Shown: piece after piece, positions 28,216 to 47,830 of the stretch
Position numbering within the stretch: position 1 is the first letter of the stretch
Layout of the letters: the number at the start of each line of letters is the position of its first letter
Assembly: GCF_009914755.1 (NCBI RefSeq)
Contig: NC_060926.1
Strand: one strand, 5' to 3'
From: the human T2T-CHM13v2.0 reference genome, Homo sapiens
DNA length: 64,000 bases
Program-made: the position numbers and the translations under genes
Notes under the pieces: generated by a model
The model's input: only the letters and a program-made list of their open reading frames with translations
Databases searched by the model: none
What the model was told of the DNA's origin: nothing

Positions 28216-29030
<815 letters not shown>

Positions 29031-29816
29031 GAAATAAATCATTCAATAAATTACATACTATATAATCTCAACTGTATGGAAAAGGCAAAAACTTTGGTGA
29101 CAGTAAAAAAAATCAGTGGTTGCCAGGGGACAATAGGGAGGGAGAGTGGGCTAAGTTGGAATGGAAGAATAGGTGGAACGTGGGACTTTTAGGGCAGTGA
29201 ATCGATTCTGCATGATACTGTAATAGCGGATACATGTCATTATACATTTGTCAAAACCCATAGAATATACAACACAAAGTTTATTGTAAACTATGAACTT
29301 TAGTTAGTAATATTGTATCAACATAAGCTCAGCAATTGTAATAAATAAACCACATTGATGCAAGATGTTAATAGGGAAAACTGGAGAGGAGGGATTGAAG
29401 GGGTATATGGAAACTCTTTGTACTTTCCACTCAATTTTTCTGTATACCTAATTCCTTTCAACAAAATTAATTCTATTAATTTTAAGAAAAGTGGAAAGAA
29501 TCGGTTTACCTGATTTTAAGATGTATTATACAGGTACAGTAATCAAACAGGATATCAATGGAAGAATAGAAAAGTAGATCAATGGACACAATAGAAAACC
29601 TAGAAATAGACCTACGTAAATATGCACAACCAATTACTGACAAAGGTACAAAGGGATTCAATGAAAGGATCATCTTTTCAACAAATGGTGTTGAAGCAAC
29701 CGAACATCTGTAGACAATAAAATGAACCTTGAGCTCAGTCTCACACTTTACACAAAAATTAAAATGGATCACGGGCTTAAATTCAAGCTATGAAACTTTT
29801 ATTTAAAAGCATAGGA

Positions 29817-30152
<336 letters not shown>

Positions 30153-30455
30153 TCAAATCTAAAGCTGCATAGAGTTCTTATGCTTGGCACCAAAAGCATG
30201 ATCCATATAAGAAAAGATTGACAAATTAGACACAATAAAAATTAAAACCTTTGCTCCTTGAAAAACCATGTTAAGAAGATGAAGAGACAAGCTATGGAAT
30301 CGGAGAAAATGTTTACAAACTACATATTCAAGGAAGGAATAATATCTAAAATATACAAAGAATGCTTGAAACTCAACAGTAAAGAAGCAAAAATTCTAAT
30401 TAGATCATAAGCAAAAGACATGAAGAGATAGTTTACAGAAGATATACAGATGGCA

Positions 30456-31381
30456 CAGAGAAATGCAAATCAAAACCACAATGAGATACCATCTCACACC
30501 AGTTACAATGGCGATCATTAAAAAGTCAGGAAACAACAGGTGCTAGAGAGGATGTGGAGAAATAGGAACACTTTTACACTGTTGGTGGAACTGTAAACTA
30601 GTTCAACCATTGTGGAAGTCAGTGTGGCGATTCCTCAGGGATCTAGAACTAGAAATACCATTTGACCCAGCCATCCCATTACTGGGTATATACTCAAATG
30701 ACTATAAATCATGCTGCTATAAAGACACATGCACACATATGTTTATTGCAGCGCTATTCACAATAGCAAAGACTTGGAACCAACCCAAATGTCCAACAAT
30801 GATAGACTAGATTAAAAAAATGTGTTGTGTGGTGGGGGGAGGGGGGAGGGATAACATTAGGAGATATATCTAATGTTAAATGACTAGTTAATGGGTGTAG
30901 CGCACCAACATGGCACATGTATACATATGTAACTAACCTGCACGTTGTGCACATGTACCCTAAAATTTAAAGTATAATAAAAAAAAGAAAAAAAAATGTG
31001 GCACATATACACCATGGAATACTATGCAGCCATAAAAAATGATGAGTTCATGTCCTTTGTAGGGACATGGATGAAGCTGGAAACCATCGTTCTCAGCAAA
31101 CTATCGCAAGGACAAAAAACCAAACACCGCATGTTCGCACTCATAGGTGGGAACTGAACAATGAGAACACATGGACACAGGAAGGGGAACATCACACACC
31201 GGGGCCTGTTGTGGGGTGGCGGGAGGGGGGAGGGATAGCTTTAGGAGATATACCTAATGCTAAATGAAGAGTTAATGGGTGCAGCACACCAACATGGCAC
31301 ATGTATACATATGTAACTAACCTGCATGTTGTGCACACGTACCCTAAAACTTAAAGTATAATTTAAAAAAACAGAGAAAAA
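30456..31381 (+). mobile_element. 5'-truncated L1PA 3' end containing a second short L1PA insertion (30825-30989)
   Basis: ORF2 C-terminus WKSVWRFLRDLELEIPFDPAIPLLGIY...; 17-bp TSD aagatatacagatggca (30439-30455/31382-31398); inner TSD aaaaaaatgtg. Confidence 0.9.
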
Positions 31382-31961
31382 AAGATATACAGATGGCAAA
31401 CAAGCACATGAACATGTATTCAACATTATTAGCTATTAGGTAAATCCAAATTAAAACCTTTATATGGTATCACTCCATATCTATCAGAATGGCTAAAATA
31501 CAAAAGTAACAACACCCAATGCTGGCAAGGTCACAGGGAAATTGGATCACTCAGACATTGCTGGTAGAAATGTAAAATGGTACAGTCACTGTAGAAAACA
31601 GGTTGGCAGTGTCTTGAAAACCAACCAGGCAACTAAACATGCAACTACGACAGTCCTGGGCATTTATCCCAGAGGAATGAAAACTCACGTTCACAGAAAA
31701 ACCTGTTCATAAATATTTATAGCAGCTTTATTCATAAAAGCCCCCAAACTTAAACAATCCAGATGTTTTCCAATGGGTAAGCAGTTCAATAAACTGTGGT
31801 ACATTCATACTATGGAACCCTATTCGGCAATAAAAAGAGCAAACTATTGATATATGCACCAACCTAGACGAATCGCCAGAGAAATATGCTGAATGAAAAG
31901 AAGCTAATGCGAAGAAATTACATACTATATTATTCCATTTATCCATTTGTATAGCATTCCT

Positions 31962-32281
31962 TATTTTATTTTATAATATTTATTTATTTATTTATTTATC
32001 TTTTAGAGACAGGGTCTCGCTCAGTCACCCAGGCTGGAGTGCAGTGGTGTAATCATAGTTCACCGCAGCCTTGAATCCCCAGGCTCAAGAATCCTCCTGC
32101 CTTAGCTTCCTGCACAGGTAGGGCTACGCATGCACTGCCATAGCCAGGCTAATTTTTAATACTTTTTGTAGAAATGGGGTCTCTGTTCCCAGGCTGATCT
32201 TGAACTCTTGGCCTCAAGCAATCCTCCTGCCTCAGCCTCTCAAAGTCTTGGGATTACAGACACGAGCCACCATGTCTGGCC
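31962..32281 (-). mobile_element. Alu (J-type)
   Basis: Reverse-complement diverged Alu. Confidence 0.9.
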
Positions 32282-33169
32282 TATATAATGCTCTTGAAAT
32301 GACAAAATTATAGAAATGGAGAAGAGATGCGTGTTGTCAGGAGTTAAGGACGGGGTGAGAATGGGAGAAAAGTGGAAATAACTATAATAGGGCACCATGA
32401 AGGGCCCTTGTGATGCCAGAAATATTCTGTATCTTGACTGCAGCAATGTCAATATCATGATTGTAATCTTGTACTGTCTATATATAGTTTTGCAAGATGT
32501 TACCATTGGGAGAAACTGGGCAAAAGTTACAAGAGATCTCTCTGTATTATTTCTTACAACTGCATGTTAATTTACAACTATTTCAAAATAAAAAGTTGAA
32601 TTACAAAAAAAAGACAACTTAATTATCTGAGTATAAAAGAACATCTAGCTAGGTAAAGTATGTTGAGTCCATTTAACAGGATATGTTCAGGCATTACATA
32701 TGATTATTTAAGGAAAGTGTTTAGCAGTACAGACTATCAACAGTAATACCGTGATGTTAAACAGGAAAATCAAGACAAACTTATATGTACAGTATGATTG
32801 TAATTATGTTAAATGTACTAATTTTTCAGAGAAAAATCTGGAAGAAAATGCATGAAAATATTATGAAAATTATCTTTTAAACCTTTTAAAATAATGTTTA
32901 AATATGCAGAGGAAGGTAGACAACCAATGTGTGTGTAGCCCTGCTATCACTAAGTGAACATGTCAACAGAGCTGCCATTTGTCAGGGGAATAGGGGAAGA
33001 ACTCGTCCCCTGGCTGTCACTAGTAAGGTAGGCTGGGGACTCAGCAGCAGTTATTAGTTTAAAGAAAGAAATTATTTCTTTAAATCAAGGTTTCTGAACT
33101 AAGAGCCAAATTTGCTATGGGTGTCATATATGAAATGAAAGTCCGCATTCCATTTCCTCTTTCTCGTTC

Positions 33170-33452
<283 letters not shown>

Positions 33453-33854
33453 CTCATTCTCACTCTTACCACCCGTCTCTTTTGGCAGAGACTGTTTCCC
33501 CAGTAAATATTCTTCCCTTTCTCTAGTATAATCAAAACTTAACTAGGCAATTGGTTACCCACTTAGACACTACAGTTTCCAATTTCCTTGCAACTAAGGC
33601 GTGCCCATGAGATTAGATTCTAGCAATGGATTGGAGTGAAAAACACATGTGCAAATTCTGTCTCATGCCCTTGAAGGAAAGGGACGTGCCTCCCTCTTCT
33701 ACGTGTGGATATTGCGGTGAACCATATTCAACCATGGGGATGGGAGTAACAGCCCTAAGGCTGATTGTTCTGCTGGACTAAGAGGACTAAACTTATCCTG
33801 GAGTTTGCTTCTGAACCTCCACATTCCATCATATTCTCTTTTCTAAAAATTTTC

Positions 33855-34195
33855 TTTTTCTTTCTTTCTTTTTCTTCTTCTTCTTCTTCTTTTTTTTTTT
33901 TTTTTTTTTTTTTTTGGCAATCTCGCTCTGTTGCCCAGGCTGAAGTGTAGTGATACAATCATAGCTCACTGCAGCCTCGACCTCCCAGGCTCAAGCCATC
34001 CTCCCATCTCAGCCTCTTGAGTAGCTGGGACTACAGGCGCATACCACCACACTCAGCTAATTTTGTATTTTTTTGGTAGAGACAAGGTTTTGCCATGTTG
34101 CTCAGGCTGGTTTTGAACTTATGAGGCTCAAGTGACCCTCCTGCCTCAGCCTCCCAAAGTGCTGGGATTACAGGTGTGAGCCACTGTGCCTGGCC
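33855..34195 (-). mobile_element. Alu (J-type)
   Basis: Poly-T/(TTC)n tail plus Alu consensus. Confidence 0.92.
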
Positions 34196-35144
34196 TAAAT
34201 TAATTTTTTTCATTGATAAATAAAAACTGTATAGATTTATTATGCACATGTTGTTTTGAAATATGTATACACTGTAGAAAGGCTCTTATTGAGCTAATTA
34301 ACATAGGCATTATTTCACTTTTGTGTGTGCGGTGAAAACACTTAAAATCTACTCTCTAAGCAATTTTCAAAAACACAATACATTGTTATTAACTTTAGTC
34401 ATCATGTTGTACATCCATTGCGTCCTCTTGATGTTAATATACAGGAAGTAACTCAGACTTAGGAAATTTACTGCCAAGGACAGGAAAGAAGTATGCTGTA
34501 GTTACAAGTACTGGTCTCAACGCCCTATGGGGTTTATACATACATATGACTCCTATCATGGTGGGCGAGGTGTACTTCTTTGCTTGGCCTTGGCCGTGTG
34601 ACCATGGTCAATGGGACGTTAGTGATTTGATGTGAGCAGAGGTTTGAAATGCTTACCTGCATTTCAGAACCTGGGGTAGCTTGCTCATCTTAGAATGAAT
34701 GACAGGTGTAGAAGACTGAACCTAACCCAGGGGATGGAGCCAAGCCGGGAGAGCCCAGCCTGGATCAATCACACCCTAGCTCAACTGTAAATGCCAAGAG
34801 GGAAATAAACACTTATTGCTGCATGCCACTGAGATGTGTGCAATTGTTATGCCGCCTAGCTGACTGATACAGGGTAGGAAATAAACTCCAGGGCGGTATC
34901 AATGTGTGTGAATAGTGAATGAGGTTTCCCAAAAGTAGATGTCAATTTCCACTGTAAGAGTTGAAAGTCCTCTGGCAAAGAGGACTCTCTTGAGAGCAAC
35001 AGAGCAAGGTTAGAAATGGGATAACATATCTATGATGGGAAGCCCTGTGCAAGAAGAGTTCAACTTCCTTGGCGATTTTCCTTTGGACTATAGAAACAGC
35101 AACAATGGAGGATAGTTTAACTTTTTCTTCTCATCCAACAATTC

Positions 35145-35725
35145 TTTTTTTTAACTGTGGTAAAATATACATAACATAAAATTTACCATTTTAACCATTT
35201 AATGTGTGCAATTCAGTGGTATTAGGTATACTCACAATGTTGTGCAACCATCCCCAGTATCCATTTCCATTACCCCGAACAGAAGCTCTGAACTCATCAT
35301 TTAGCAATAACTCCACATCCCCCCATTTCCCCAGCCCCTGGTAACCTCTATTCTACTTTCTGACTCTAAGAATTTGCCTATTCTAGATACCTCACATAAA
35401 TGAATCACACAGTATTGGTTTCATTGCACCTCGCTTGTTTCGCTCAGCACATTTTCAGGGTTAATCTATGTAGCAACACGTATCAGAATTTCCTTTTTTT
35501 TTTTATTTTACTTTAAGTTCTAGGGTACATGTGCACAACATGCAGGTTTGTTACATAGGTATACATGTGCCATGTTGGTTTGCTGCACCCATCAACCTGT
35601 CATCTACATTAGGTATTTCTCCTTAATGCTATCCCTCCCCCAGCCCCCTACCCCCTGACAGGCCCCGTGTATTATGTTCCTCACCCTGTGTCCATGTGTT
35701 CTCATTGTTCAACTCCCACTTATGG
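35145..35725 (-). mobile_element. L1MB-like 3' end adjoined by an L1PA 3' end (35494-35725)
   Basis: tttaagttctagggtacatgtgcacaac is the reverse complement of the L1PA terminus. Confidence 0.8.
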
Positions 35726-36422
35726 TTGTGAAGTGGAGCATCTCACATTTGTTTTGCCCTTGATCCTTCCTCTAAAATGTAACAAGCCAAGATAATGTGG
35801 GGGGAGGGGGTATGCCAACTAAAGAAATGTGTGGTGTCCACCAGTGTCTGTGAGACAGGAATGTCATTCTGCTGAGAGGACTGAGTCCATGTTTCCAGGT
35901 GGTGACCGGCAAAGAGGGACTGGGGTCCCCAGGGTTGCTGGGAGCGCCTGGGAAGAGCATGTGGCTCCTTGGAGCAACCACCCAGAAGATGTGGGAGATG
36001 AGAAACAAGCCCTTTTGCTATCTACATCAACCTAGAGAAGAGGGGGAGAGGCTGACATTTAGTAGCTATATGCATGTGTATATGTACACATATTGTATAT
36101 ATTCATTAAATTTAAAAGTATTAAATACATTTTAGTTGTAATTCACAGGAGGGACAAATGAAGATGAAAGAATTGCTGAACTTTATGTAAAATTTTCCTC
36201 AAAACAAGAGCTATTCATTTTTTTTAAATCCCTTTAAATTTTTAAAATTGAGTTTGTATAACCACACTGAGCCTTTTTTTTAAATTTGTACTAGTACCAA
36301 AGAGTATAATGACAAATAGTATTTCCCTTCCATAACCTTTACCTGCTCTCCAGGCAACCATTTTCAACTCCTTTTAGTTGTTTATTTTCATTTTTGTCTC
36401 CATGTTTTAAAATTATATTCTT

Positions 36423-36731
<309 letters not shown>

Positions 36732-37796
36732 TTATATTCTTTTACTGTTGTTATTTCTTGGTTTTTAAATTTGAGACAGTCAAACTTCCTATTAGGGAAG
36801 AGAAAGATGAGATGTTTTAAAATCTCCCTACATATACTTCTCTCCTCATATATTACATATACTAATCTTCATTTCATTTTTAGTGAAGAATGGTCTACAT
36901 TTATAATGACTTATTTTGACTAGGAAATATTGTTCGCTGCTGAGTCAAATCATGTAAAATGATTATGTGTCTTTCTTGTACATTTTGTTTTTCCTGAGGT
37001 CTATCATTATTGTTTTTTCATTGGATTAGTTTTCCATGTACATATGGCTAATTTTTCCAAGTGCTCCCACAGCTCTGTTACACATCTATCCACAGTCCTA
37101 TTGGTTTTTCCTCCGGATATTTCTGTCTCAGAGTTCTCCTTCCTCTTGCTCCACCCAGGCCTGCTATCTGGCTGTGGTTTGGGGTGCCCTCTCCCTGTCT
37201 CCTGGCTGGGGTCTCATTTCCTAGGTATCATGGCTTTTTCCTTGGTTTGCTCTCATTTTGCAAAAGCACAGAATTCTCTAGTAACCTCCTAAGAAAAAGT
37301 ACATGGGGGTAAATTTTTGAATCTTTGCAGAAGTGAAAATATTTTTATTAATTTGATTAATTATTAAACTAATTAACAATTTGGGTAGAAAATACTAGGC
37401 TGAAATAATTTTCCTTCCAAATTTTGAAGGCATTTCTCCTCTTCTTGTATTGTTAATAAGAAATCCAATTCTGATTCCAAATCTTTTGTATACAACTTTT
37501 TTGTTTTGTCCCTAGATATATGTAAGATTTTTCTTTGTTCTTAGGTATTTTGAAATTTCTTGAGGAAATGGTTGTTTTTAAATTTATTGATTGGATACTC
37601 AGTCAGCATTTCAATCTGAAGACTTGTGTTCTTCATTTCTGGGAATTTAAAAAATATTATGTTTTTAATTTATTATTTCCTCCCTTCATCTTTATGCTGT
37701 CTCTCTGGAATTCCCACTAGCAGAGTATCGGACGAGGTGCACTGATTCTCCAATCTTTTCATCTTTCTCTACTATTCTACCATTTTGTCTTCGTGA

Positions 37797-38201
<405 letters not shown>

Positions 38202-40081
38202 TGATTTTCTTTATAAAAGATTTCCTTGACATTATCTGTAGAGTTTTTTTATGAATGTTTTGTTTCATACATTTAACTTCCAAGAATCCTTTCTTACTCT
38301 GAGATGATTCCTTTTCTATAGCATCCTTTTCTAGTTTTGTGGCTCAGGCATCATTTTCACAAAGGATTTCCAAATATTAGTTGTACGTCTTAAGTTTGTC
38401 TCCTCTTGTCTACATGATCTGTTTCCTTGAGGCACTTTTCTCATGATTGTTTGCTTCCACATTGGAGGCCCTCCTCAATGTACGATCTAAGCTTGAGACA
38501 GTAACATAGTCCTTGGAAACACTGTGGACCTAAACAGCTTCTTGCCTGGTGGCCTTCACTGTAACATAACCAGGCCAAGAGGGAGCCCACTGCTGGGGTC
38601 TATGAGTGGACTCTCCTCAGTGTCTGGGGCCTTTCCAGGGTGCCACAGGATGACTTGACAGTTTCTCCTCTGCCTGCTACAGGCATTGAGGTTATTCTTT
38701 CCATACAGCTATCACTTCATCACTTTTCATTTTCCAAAGATTTCTGGAAATTTCTGCTTCATCTCTGTCTCTTGTTTTGTTCTCTTTGTATGGGTTTATA
38801 CCTTTTCTATTCCTTTACTGTCATTTTAAAAGTGTTTCCAGAGACAGAGCAGATAAATATATGTGGTCAATCTGTCATCTTAAACTGAATGCCCTAAGCA
38901 TATTTAAAAAAATTCCTCAAAAATTTAATAAGAGATTGTCAGAGAAAAATCACTAAATGGTACTTTTCTATATTATTTTATTATTTTTATTAACTAAACA
39001 AAAACATACATTACATATTCTTTCCTTTTTGGTTTCAGAGCCTGAGTCTAAGTCATCATTACATGGAGTTTTGGAAATATTGCTAAAATCATGTCAAAGT
39101 TTGGATTTTAAAATATTTAGACCACAAACGTTTTGTATAACTTTTGTCTTTTCCTAGAATTTTAAATCCACTTTCTTTTTTCTTGTTGATCACAAAATTC
39201 ACAGGCCTTCACCTCATTAATTACACATCAGAGCTGTACTTCAAGGTTCTGAAGAGAACGGCTTTCTGTAACATTGCCTACTGTCTTCTCTGGGGTGTTC
39301 TTCAAGGAGCCCTTTGATTTTCTGAACTGAATCTTTTCTAGGGTCTTTTGCAGAACCATGGAACTGGTGCCCATCCATTGCTTTTCTGGGTAAATTCCAC
39401 TTTTTAGTATCCCATAATTTTACATTGAGTTTTGGTTTTGCTACATAAAACTATGGTAATTTTTTAAAGAAGAAGTGCTTAAGTTGTAAACTGTGTGAGT
39501 CACTGCATGTCTAACAGTGTCTCTGCAGGGTGTATCACCCTTTGTCTCACTCAACACATAGTCGTGGTTGGTCCCACTGTGGTGTATAAGTTCACCTCTT
39601 GCTTGACAATTCTATGATGAACTTCCACCATCTCTTTCTTTGGGTTATTTTTCCAGATGGTAGACATGTTTTGAGGTGTCTGCTTAGCCCCTGAACCAAC
39701 AACTGCCCCCTGGGAAGAACCCTTTCATGTCTAGGCTGGGTGGTTTATGCTGTGTGATCCTATCCCACTGATTAGACCAAAGGAGAAAACCTAACCAGGT
39801 GTGAGACAATCTGCCTTCCTTGGATATTTGGTGTTGGCATGGGGAGAAAGCCAATCTCTCCCATTTCCAAAGCATGCAAACTTGGAGGCTATGGAGCATC
39901 CATATACTATCCTGTAGAAAGCAACAGAAAAATCCAGTCTGCAGAGAGAAAGAATAACAAAGAAGACACAAATAAGAGAGAAAATATGTCAAGTGGGTTC
40001 TGTTAGCTATTTTGGAGTTTAATTTTGGACTCTTAAGTCAAGATGGCAAAATCTGGGAGGAGATATAATAAAAATCTTTTA

Positions 40082-40437
<356 letters not shown>

Positions 40438-40869
40438 TTATAATTACTTGCCTAACAACCAGAGACTGGAAAGATATCGCTTCAAGGGGGGAAAGGAAAG
40501 TAATAGTCTAATTTATACAATGAGAAATAAAAACAGGAAACTCATCATTATATAACCTATTCAAAACTCAAAATTTTAGCAAACATTTATTGGGCACCTA
40601 CTATATGCTTAGCAGTCTGCCCATCACTGGTGACATGAAGGTGAATGGGACATAGATTCTGTCCTTGAAGCTCATGGTCTCCAACAGGGGCCAGAGAAGT
40701 CAATGGCCAGAGGGCCCAATGTAAGTGCTGTGAGGAATTTTAAATGGGAGTGGCATTGCCAAGTCTGCCATTATGAGAAGGAAGGAGGATGGGGTCAGAG
40801 TAGTAGTAAAGAACCCCTAGGAGATGGCTCTACCATTTAAGCAAGACGTGAGGATTGTCTTTGAAATAA

Positions 40870-41260
40870 TTACTTTTCAGTGTCAACTTGACTGGATTAA
40901 GGGCTAACTGCATAGTTGGTAAAACACTATTTCTGGGTGTTTCTGGAGGAGATTGGCTCAGGAGTTGGTAGACTGAGTGAGGAAGATCTGCTTCAACGTG
41001 GGCAGGCACCATCCAATCGGCTGGGCACTGAATACAACAAAAAAGGCAGAGAAAGGTAAATTCACTAACTTACTCTCTCTCTTTCTCTCTCTTTCCTGGA
41101 ACTGGGACACCCTTCTCCTGTCCTTGAACATCAGAATCCCAGGTTCTACAGCCTTGGATTTTAGAACTTGCACAAGTGGTCCCCCCATGGTTCCCAGGAC
41201 TCTAGCTTCTGACTGAGTTCCACCATCATCTTCCCTGATTCTGAGGCGGTCAGACTCAGA
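40870..41260 (+). mobile_element. MLT2-type ERVL LTR
   Basis: gtgtcaacttgactggattaaggg...gtgggcaggcaccatccaatc motifs. Confidence 0.75.
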
Positions 41261-41444
41261 ACCACGTTGGCCTGAGCCATGTTGCTGGCAAGATGGAAAG
41301 GAAGGAGGTGCCCAGCACTGCATGCCTCTAAGATGTGTTGGGTATTTCCTAGTGTCTCAGTGTAACTATTCATAGTATCTCTTCTCTCTCAAAAACTGCA
41401 TGGATGACCCTTGGTAGGATCCGGACTGGAAAGTATCTAGTGCA

Positions 41445-42958
<1,514 letters not shown>

Positions 42959-43340
42959 TCTACAATTTTTATTTTTTAAAAAAGATTATAAAAAAGAATC
43001 CAGTGAATGTGGCAAATCGAAGGGCACTGGTGAGGCTGGTTTCTGTGGGTGGAGCGTGGGAGCCAGGTTGCAGTGTGAGAGTGAGTGAAGTGGAGGCAAT
43101 GAAGGTGGACGCGTCTTACAGGAAGCTGGCCACCAGGGGGCAGAGAGCAGAGGGCTATTTACTGCCTGGGCTGGATAGACTTGGGGAAGTTAACCAGCTG
43201 ATGAGAAAAGTCAGCGGAGAGGAAGAGGGTGAAGGTTGGGTGAGATGGCTGTCATTGTGTTGTCCTGGGAAGGAAGTCGGTAGGGGTAGGAGTAGGGACA
43301 GGCTGTTGTCTGGGGAACAGCCTCTCTTCCACTTGGATGC

Positions 43341-43729
43341 TGTTATGGACTGAATGTGTCTCCACTAAATTCATATGTTGAAGCCCTACCCCCAGGGTGG
43401 CTGTATTTGGAGGTAGGGCCCATAAGGAGGTAATTAAGGTTAAACAGCATTGTAGTAATAGGGCCCTGATCCTATAGGATTAGTGTCCTTACAAGAAGAA
43501 ATACCAGAAAGGTGTTTCCCTCCCCTCCCCTGCATCCACACACTCACTGGAAATGCCACATGAGGACAAAGTGGCCATGTGCAAGCCAGGAAGAGGGTCC
43601 CCACCAGAGACCAAACCCTTGGGGATCTTGATCTCACACTTCCAACCTCCAGAACCGCGAGATTAATTTCTTTTGTTTAAGTCCCCAAGTCTGTGGTATT
43701 TTGTTATGATAACACAGCTGACTAAGACA
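43341..43729 (+). mobile_element. MLT1A/B-type MaLR solo LTR
   Basis: tgttatggactgaatgtg...attcatatgttgaagcccta...gactaagaca. Confidence 0.8.
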
Positions 43730-44476
43730 GACGGGAAGGAAAGGAACAGAGGGTACAATTTAGACACATCTGTAAGGGCAAGATGTTGGTTAGAAGTTCA
43801 TCCAGGTAGTCTCAACTCTTGGGAAATGGAAGGTGAGCCCATCTGTTGAACATGAGAGGGAGGCGGGAGGTGAGAAATTTGAAAGACACGTGGCCATCAG
43901 GAGCACGCCTAAGAGCCTCAGGTGAGGGAAGTGGGGTGGGGCATGGCAGGATCTGGAGATGACTCTGGGAACCTCAGGAGCCTGCAGCACAATGGGCTAA
44001 GACTGCGGGACGTGATGAACCAGGGATGACCCTCCCCAAATGCCATCCTTGGAACAGACGCACAATGTAGAGGCTGGGTGGGCCCCAGGAGTCCATAGGA
44101 ATGCTGAGCAGCCTTCTGTTTGTAATGTAAGCAAGTAGATAGCATCTGAGTATTGTGGTTTTACCTTGAGCTGCAGGTTGTCCCGAAGCCTGAGTGAAGG
44201 TCAGTGGTGAGAACCTACAGCTTGCTAAGAGCAGGGATGCAGAGACCAAGCTGGGGCTCACTGCAAGAGGCTGTTCTGGTGGTGGAGCTCGAATCCCAGA
44301 TATTAAATCTAGGCTTTCAGCAAGGGGGTGCCAGGAAGAGAGGCTATGTCCTCCCTTGTCATGGTAGGAAATCTGGGGACTTCCCAACCTGGGTGGGGAT
44401 CATGAGGACAGGGTGAGGTTGGGAAGTTCTGCGGGAACTCCAAAGGGTGACGATGCCAAAGCAGGTGGACTCCCCC

Positions 44477-44776
<300 letters not shown>

Positions 44777-45030
44777 AAGTGGACTCCCCTAAACTGTTTG
44801 GGAACTGGTATCTCCTCCTGTTGGATTTTGTGACCCCATGCTCATTTCTGGGCCCCTCAATAAATGCTGTGTGTAACTCAGTATTTTTTTATGTTTCACA
44901 AATTGATTAGTTTAAATGAAAATTAATGCTATTTTGAAGTTTGGGAGATAATTTTATGACAGCTCCTTGGGCACCAGAAACCCGGAACAGGCCTCTCTTT
45001 TGGAGCAGATGCATGTGCTGGTTAAGAAGC

Positions 45031-45404
<374 letters not shown>

Positions 45405-45712
45405 TCACCATGTCCAGCTGGGTGGCCTTAAGCAAATGGCTTCACATCTATCCAAGTGTCAGTTTCCTCATCTGCACCATGGGGCTAATAACTGTTGAAG
45501 TGAGTGTTAGTGTTAGGAGGGACTCAGCAGAGTGTCTGGTAGAAAATAAGAGTCAATTAAAGGAGCCTTCATCATCCTTCACTTATTAACTTCAGGGATA
45601 ATAAAAATCTCAAAAGAAATCCACAAATACTTCTTCAGAAAACTAGAAAGTGTTTTTCCAGGTACACAAAAAAAATCCCCAGTGACCCTCTCTGAAAAGT
45701 CATCAATAATCA

Positions 45713-46022
<310 letters not shown>

Positions 46023-46408
46023 CTAAGGTTCTGCTCACTGTGCAGCCACAGGGCTTGTCAGCTTCTGGATCCAGATGCATGACCGGACAGGGCAGCGACC
46101 ACCATGTACTGAAGGCTTCCATGTGCCAGAGCCTGTACTTGGAATTTTTATATTTCTTAGCCATCAACTGAGGAGGGATGGAGATAGGAGGGAAAAAGAT
46201 GGGAAGGGAGGGTGGAATAGATCAAGGAAACATTCTCCACAGAAGTCCTTTGTCCAGTTTGGAAACTGGTTTTCATCAGGCACACCTGTTTCCATCCTCT
46301 GACTCAGATGCCGTATCACCAACCCCACTGCCCCAAACCCAATGTGAAATGAATACCTATTGTTAGCCCTATCTGTGTATCTGTCCTGAAACATGACAAC
46401 CTTTAAGG

Positions 46409-46625
46409 CAACGGTTCTCAAGCAGGGGCGATTTTGCCCTTCCTACCCCCAGAAAAAATTTGGCAATGTCTAGAGATACATTTTCTGTTGTCACAGCTTT
46501 GGAGTGATCATGGGCTTCTAGAGGGCAGAGGTCCATGATGCTGCTAGACATTGTACAATGCACAGGACAGCTCTCAGAAGAGAGAATTATCTGGCTCCAA
46601 ATGTCAGTAGTGTGAAGAAACTCTG
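46409..46625. mobile_element. MER20 hAT-Charlie element
   Basis: caacggttctcaa...gggcgattttgccc...ttggcaatgtctagaga...gaagaaactctg. Confidence 0.8.
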
Positions 46626-47513
46626 CTTGAAGGAAAAACCAGCCCCACACACCTCACTTAACTCACTAAGGTTAACAAATTGGCAGTTTGCCAAATGTCA
46701 TGGATTAAAAAGCCCTACCTTGAGTGACTCTTTCTCTACAGCCTGACACATTTCTGTACAATTTAGCAAGTAAGGAGTGCTTTCAAGAGGTGATTCTTCC
46801 TTATTTGTTGCTGCATCAGCATGATTTCATTCAGTCATCCATGCATTCATTCAACAAACACTCACTGAGCTCCTTCTTACACTGTGACAGACTCTAGGGA
46901 TGAAAGATGAACAAGATGAGTCTCCATGTTCAAGTTCAAAGTGTGCATATTGGGGTTTGGGGGACAGATGTGTTAGTAAATAATTACAGTAATGTTCCAG
47001 GTAAAAGTTCTCATGAGATGTATGGGGGTGGGGCCGCAGAGGGGGCTGTGATCAGTATTTCTTATAGGGAGGCCTCAGAAAACTGCCCCATTCGGCCACT
47101 TTTTGGGTTTCACTTACAAGGGTCACTTCTGACGCCTCCCTATATGGAGTAGAGGGAGAGCGGTAATAAGCAATTTGGCCTCACTGACCCCCCTCCATTG
47201 GGAAGATGCCTATAATCTCCCTCAAGGGGGAGCTTCAAATGAATAAAAAATTATTTGAACACACTTAGATTTCAAAATCAAATGTGTGACCACCCAGAGT
47301 CAAACAGAAGGAAAGCAGGGCTCCAGAGGCTGGGAAATATTCCAACCAAAGTAGGTCAGTTCCACTCCTATTTATTACAGGAGTTCTCAGCCAAGAAGTG
47401 TGAGATCTAAGGTCTACAGAAGCCGTAAAATAACCCAAGGACCACGACTTATACACAGGAAACCATCTTGTGATTATGTAAGGCAGTAATGCACATTTGA
47501 AAATACAAGGGAC

Positions 47514-47830
<317 letters not shown>

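Noticed and set aside
30610-30810. ORF resembling a real protein (WKSVWRFLRDLELEIPFDPAIPLLGIY)
   Set aside because: L1 ORF2 C-terminal remnant in a truncated L1PA; not a gene
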